This document shows, piece after piece, positions 62,987 through 64,000 of a DNA stretch of 64,000 nucleotides. How positions within the stretch are numbered: the first letter of the stretch is position 1; each line of letters begins with the position of its first letter. The stretch spans positions 592,724,195 to 592,788,194 of the forward strand of contig NC_058130.1 in the NCBI RefSeq assembly GCF_016433145.1. Reading direction: 5' to 3'. The DNA is from Gracilinanus agilis. Taxonomy: Eukaryota. The translations under genes and the position numbers were made by a program. The notes under the pieces were generated by a model. The model did not search any database, was not told the DNA's origin, and saw only the letters and a program-made list of their open reading frames with translations.

Positions 62987-64000
62987 AGAAGTCTAAGGTT
63001 ACATAGATAATGAATGACAGAGTCATTGAAAGTACAGATTATTGAGACCGAAGAGCTGAGTTCTAATTGTGTTTTCAGTAGTTATTGACTTCTATGGTAT
63101 TGGCAAGAAACAATTTTCTTGAGCCTCAGTCTCCTCATCTGAAAATAAAGATATTGGACTAGATGTGCTATAAGTTCTTTCTGTTCTAGGACATAGTATC
63201 ATAGGAGGATATAGGGACCTAATAGACTATCTAGTCCAATGATTTTATTTTACAGATGAGGAAACAGACTTAGAAAGGCTTAGTAATTAGCTTGGGAGTC
63301 CTGCAGCTAGTATGCCCCTGGGGTATCTGATCTGGTATTCAGAATAGATTGGAGAGATGAGAGTCCAGTTAGAAGACAGTAATGTAGTAATAAGTTAACA
63401 AGGGGCTATATTAAAGGGTTGACAGTAAGAATGTAAAATAAGGGTTAATGAACAAAGGAAAAAAGTGGTGGTGTTTGTTGAGAGATTGGCCAAATTATGC
63501 ACTATTCATGGAGTAAAAAGATTAGCTAAATTGTGGGTTATACCTGAATTCTCCACCTTAGCAGATGGTCAGGGTTCCTTGACTTTGTATTAGTTTAGTG
63601 ATACCATGTTTCACTTACCATATTCAAAGATGCAGAGAAGGGGGAAATCAATGCATCCTAGAATGCTTCAGATACCTTTTGGTACAGGATGTGGCTCTTG
63701 AGAATGAATAAATATGTCAGGGACTGGGAGAAAGTAAGACTAGCTTATATTTCTGAACTCTCTTTGCTAGTCAGTCAATGCCCTTCAAATCACCTCTTTT
63801 TGGAATGATAAGAAAGAAAACACAAGAGGTAGTTATTAAATATTTGTGACCTAGTCAGCTTAACTGTTAAGTATGCACAGGATGTTCTGATTTAGCAATG
63901 ATAAAACAAATAGAAGGGAAAGACTGAAATAATAGACGTTTGGGAGGATCCTTTTTGACATGCATATATGACATACATACATTCATACATACATACATAC

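Noticed and set aside
63619-63723. Minus-strand 105-nt segment with a consensus gtaagt donor
   Set aside because: It has stops in all three frames and only a modest acceptor, with no independent support.
1-64000. piRNA-cluster-like strand bias, endogenous viral elements, NUMTs, miRNA hairpins, CRISPR or prokaryotic systems
   Set aside because: Transposon fragments occur on both strands. The protein-like relics I examined mostly resolved to LINEs. I saw no mitochondrial, viral or long-hairpin signature. The DNA is eukaryotic.

Overview
This is AT-rich, CpG-depleted, repeat-dense vertebrate genomic DNA. The SINE set (SINE1_Mdo-type, MAR1, MdoRep1-type, RTE-related SINE, MIR) and the L1, RTE and hAT families point to a marsupial, most likely a didelphid opossum such as Monodelphis. 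Family names are from memory of consensus sequences, not from a database run. I found no protein-coding gene that I can support. The listed ORFs are low-complexity, repeat-derived or chance, so the window looks intergenic or deep-intronic. Main features: (1) a near-identical 2,980-bp tandem duplication across a single N at 10948, most likely an assembly artefact; (2) nested insertions, namely an RTE split by a 295-bp solo LTR and an L1, and a 6.3-kb nest of ORF2-less L1s plus an LTR; (3) ancient CR1/L3 relics (ORF1 esterase and endonuclease); (4) hAT MITEs, one of OC1/OposCharlie type; (5) a 3'-truncated 7SK retrocopy with a TSD; (6) several non-repeat, CpG-retaining blocks with homotypic motif clusters: TGACA plus alternative hairpins at 14.2-14.4 kb, E-boxes at 54.4-54.6 kb, POU/ETS at 59.5-59.7 kb and a strong CTCF motif at 4.77 kb. 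These blocks suggest a regulatory landscape. A few minus-strand splice-bounded segments could belong to an unannotated transcript, but this is not established. I did not find convincing evidence of a novel multi-gene system.
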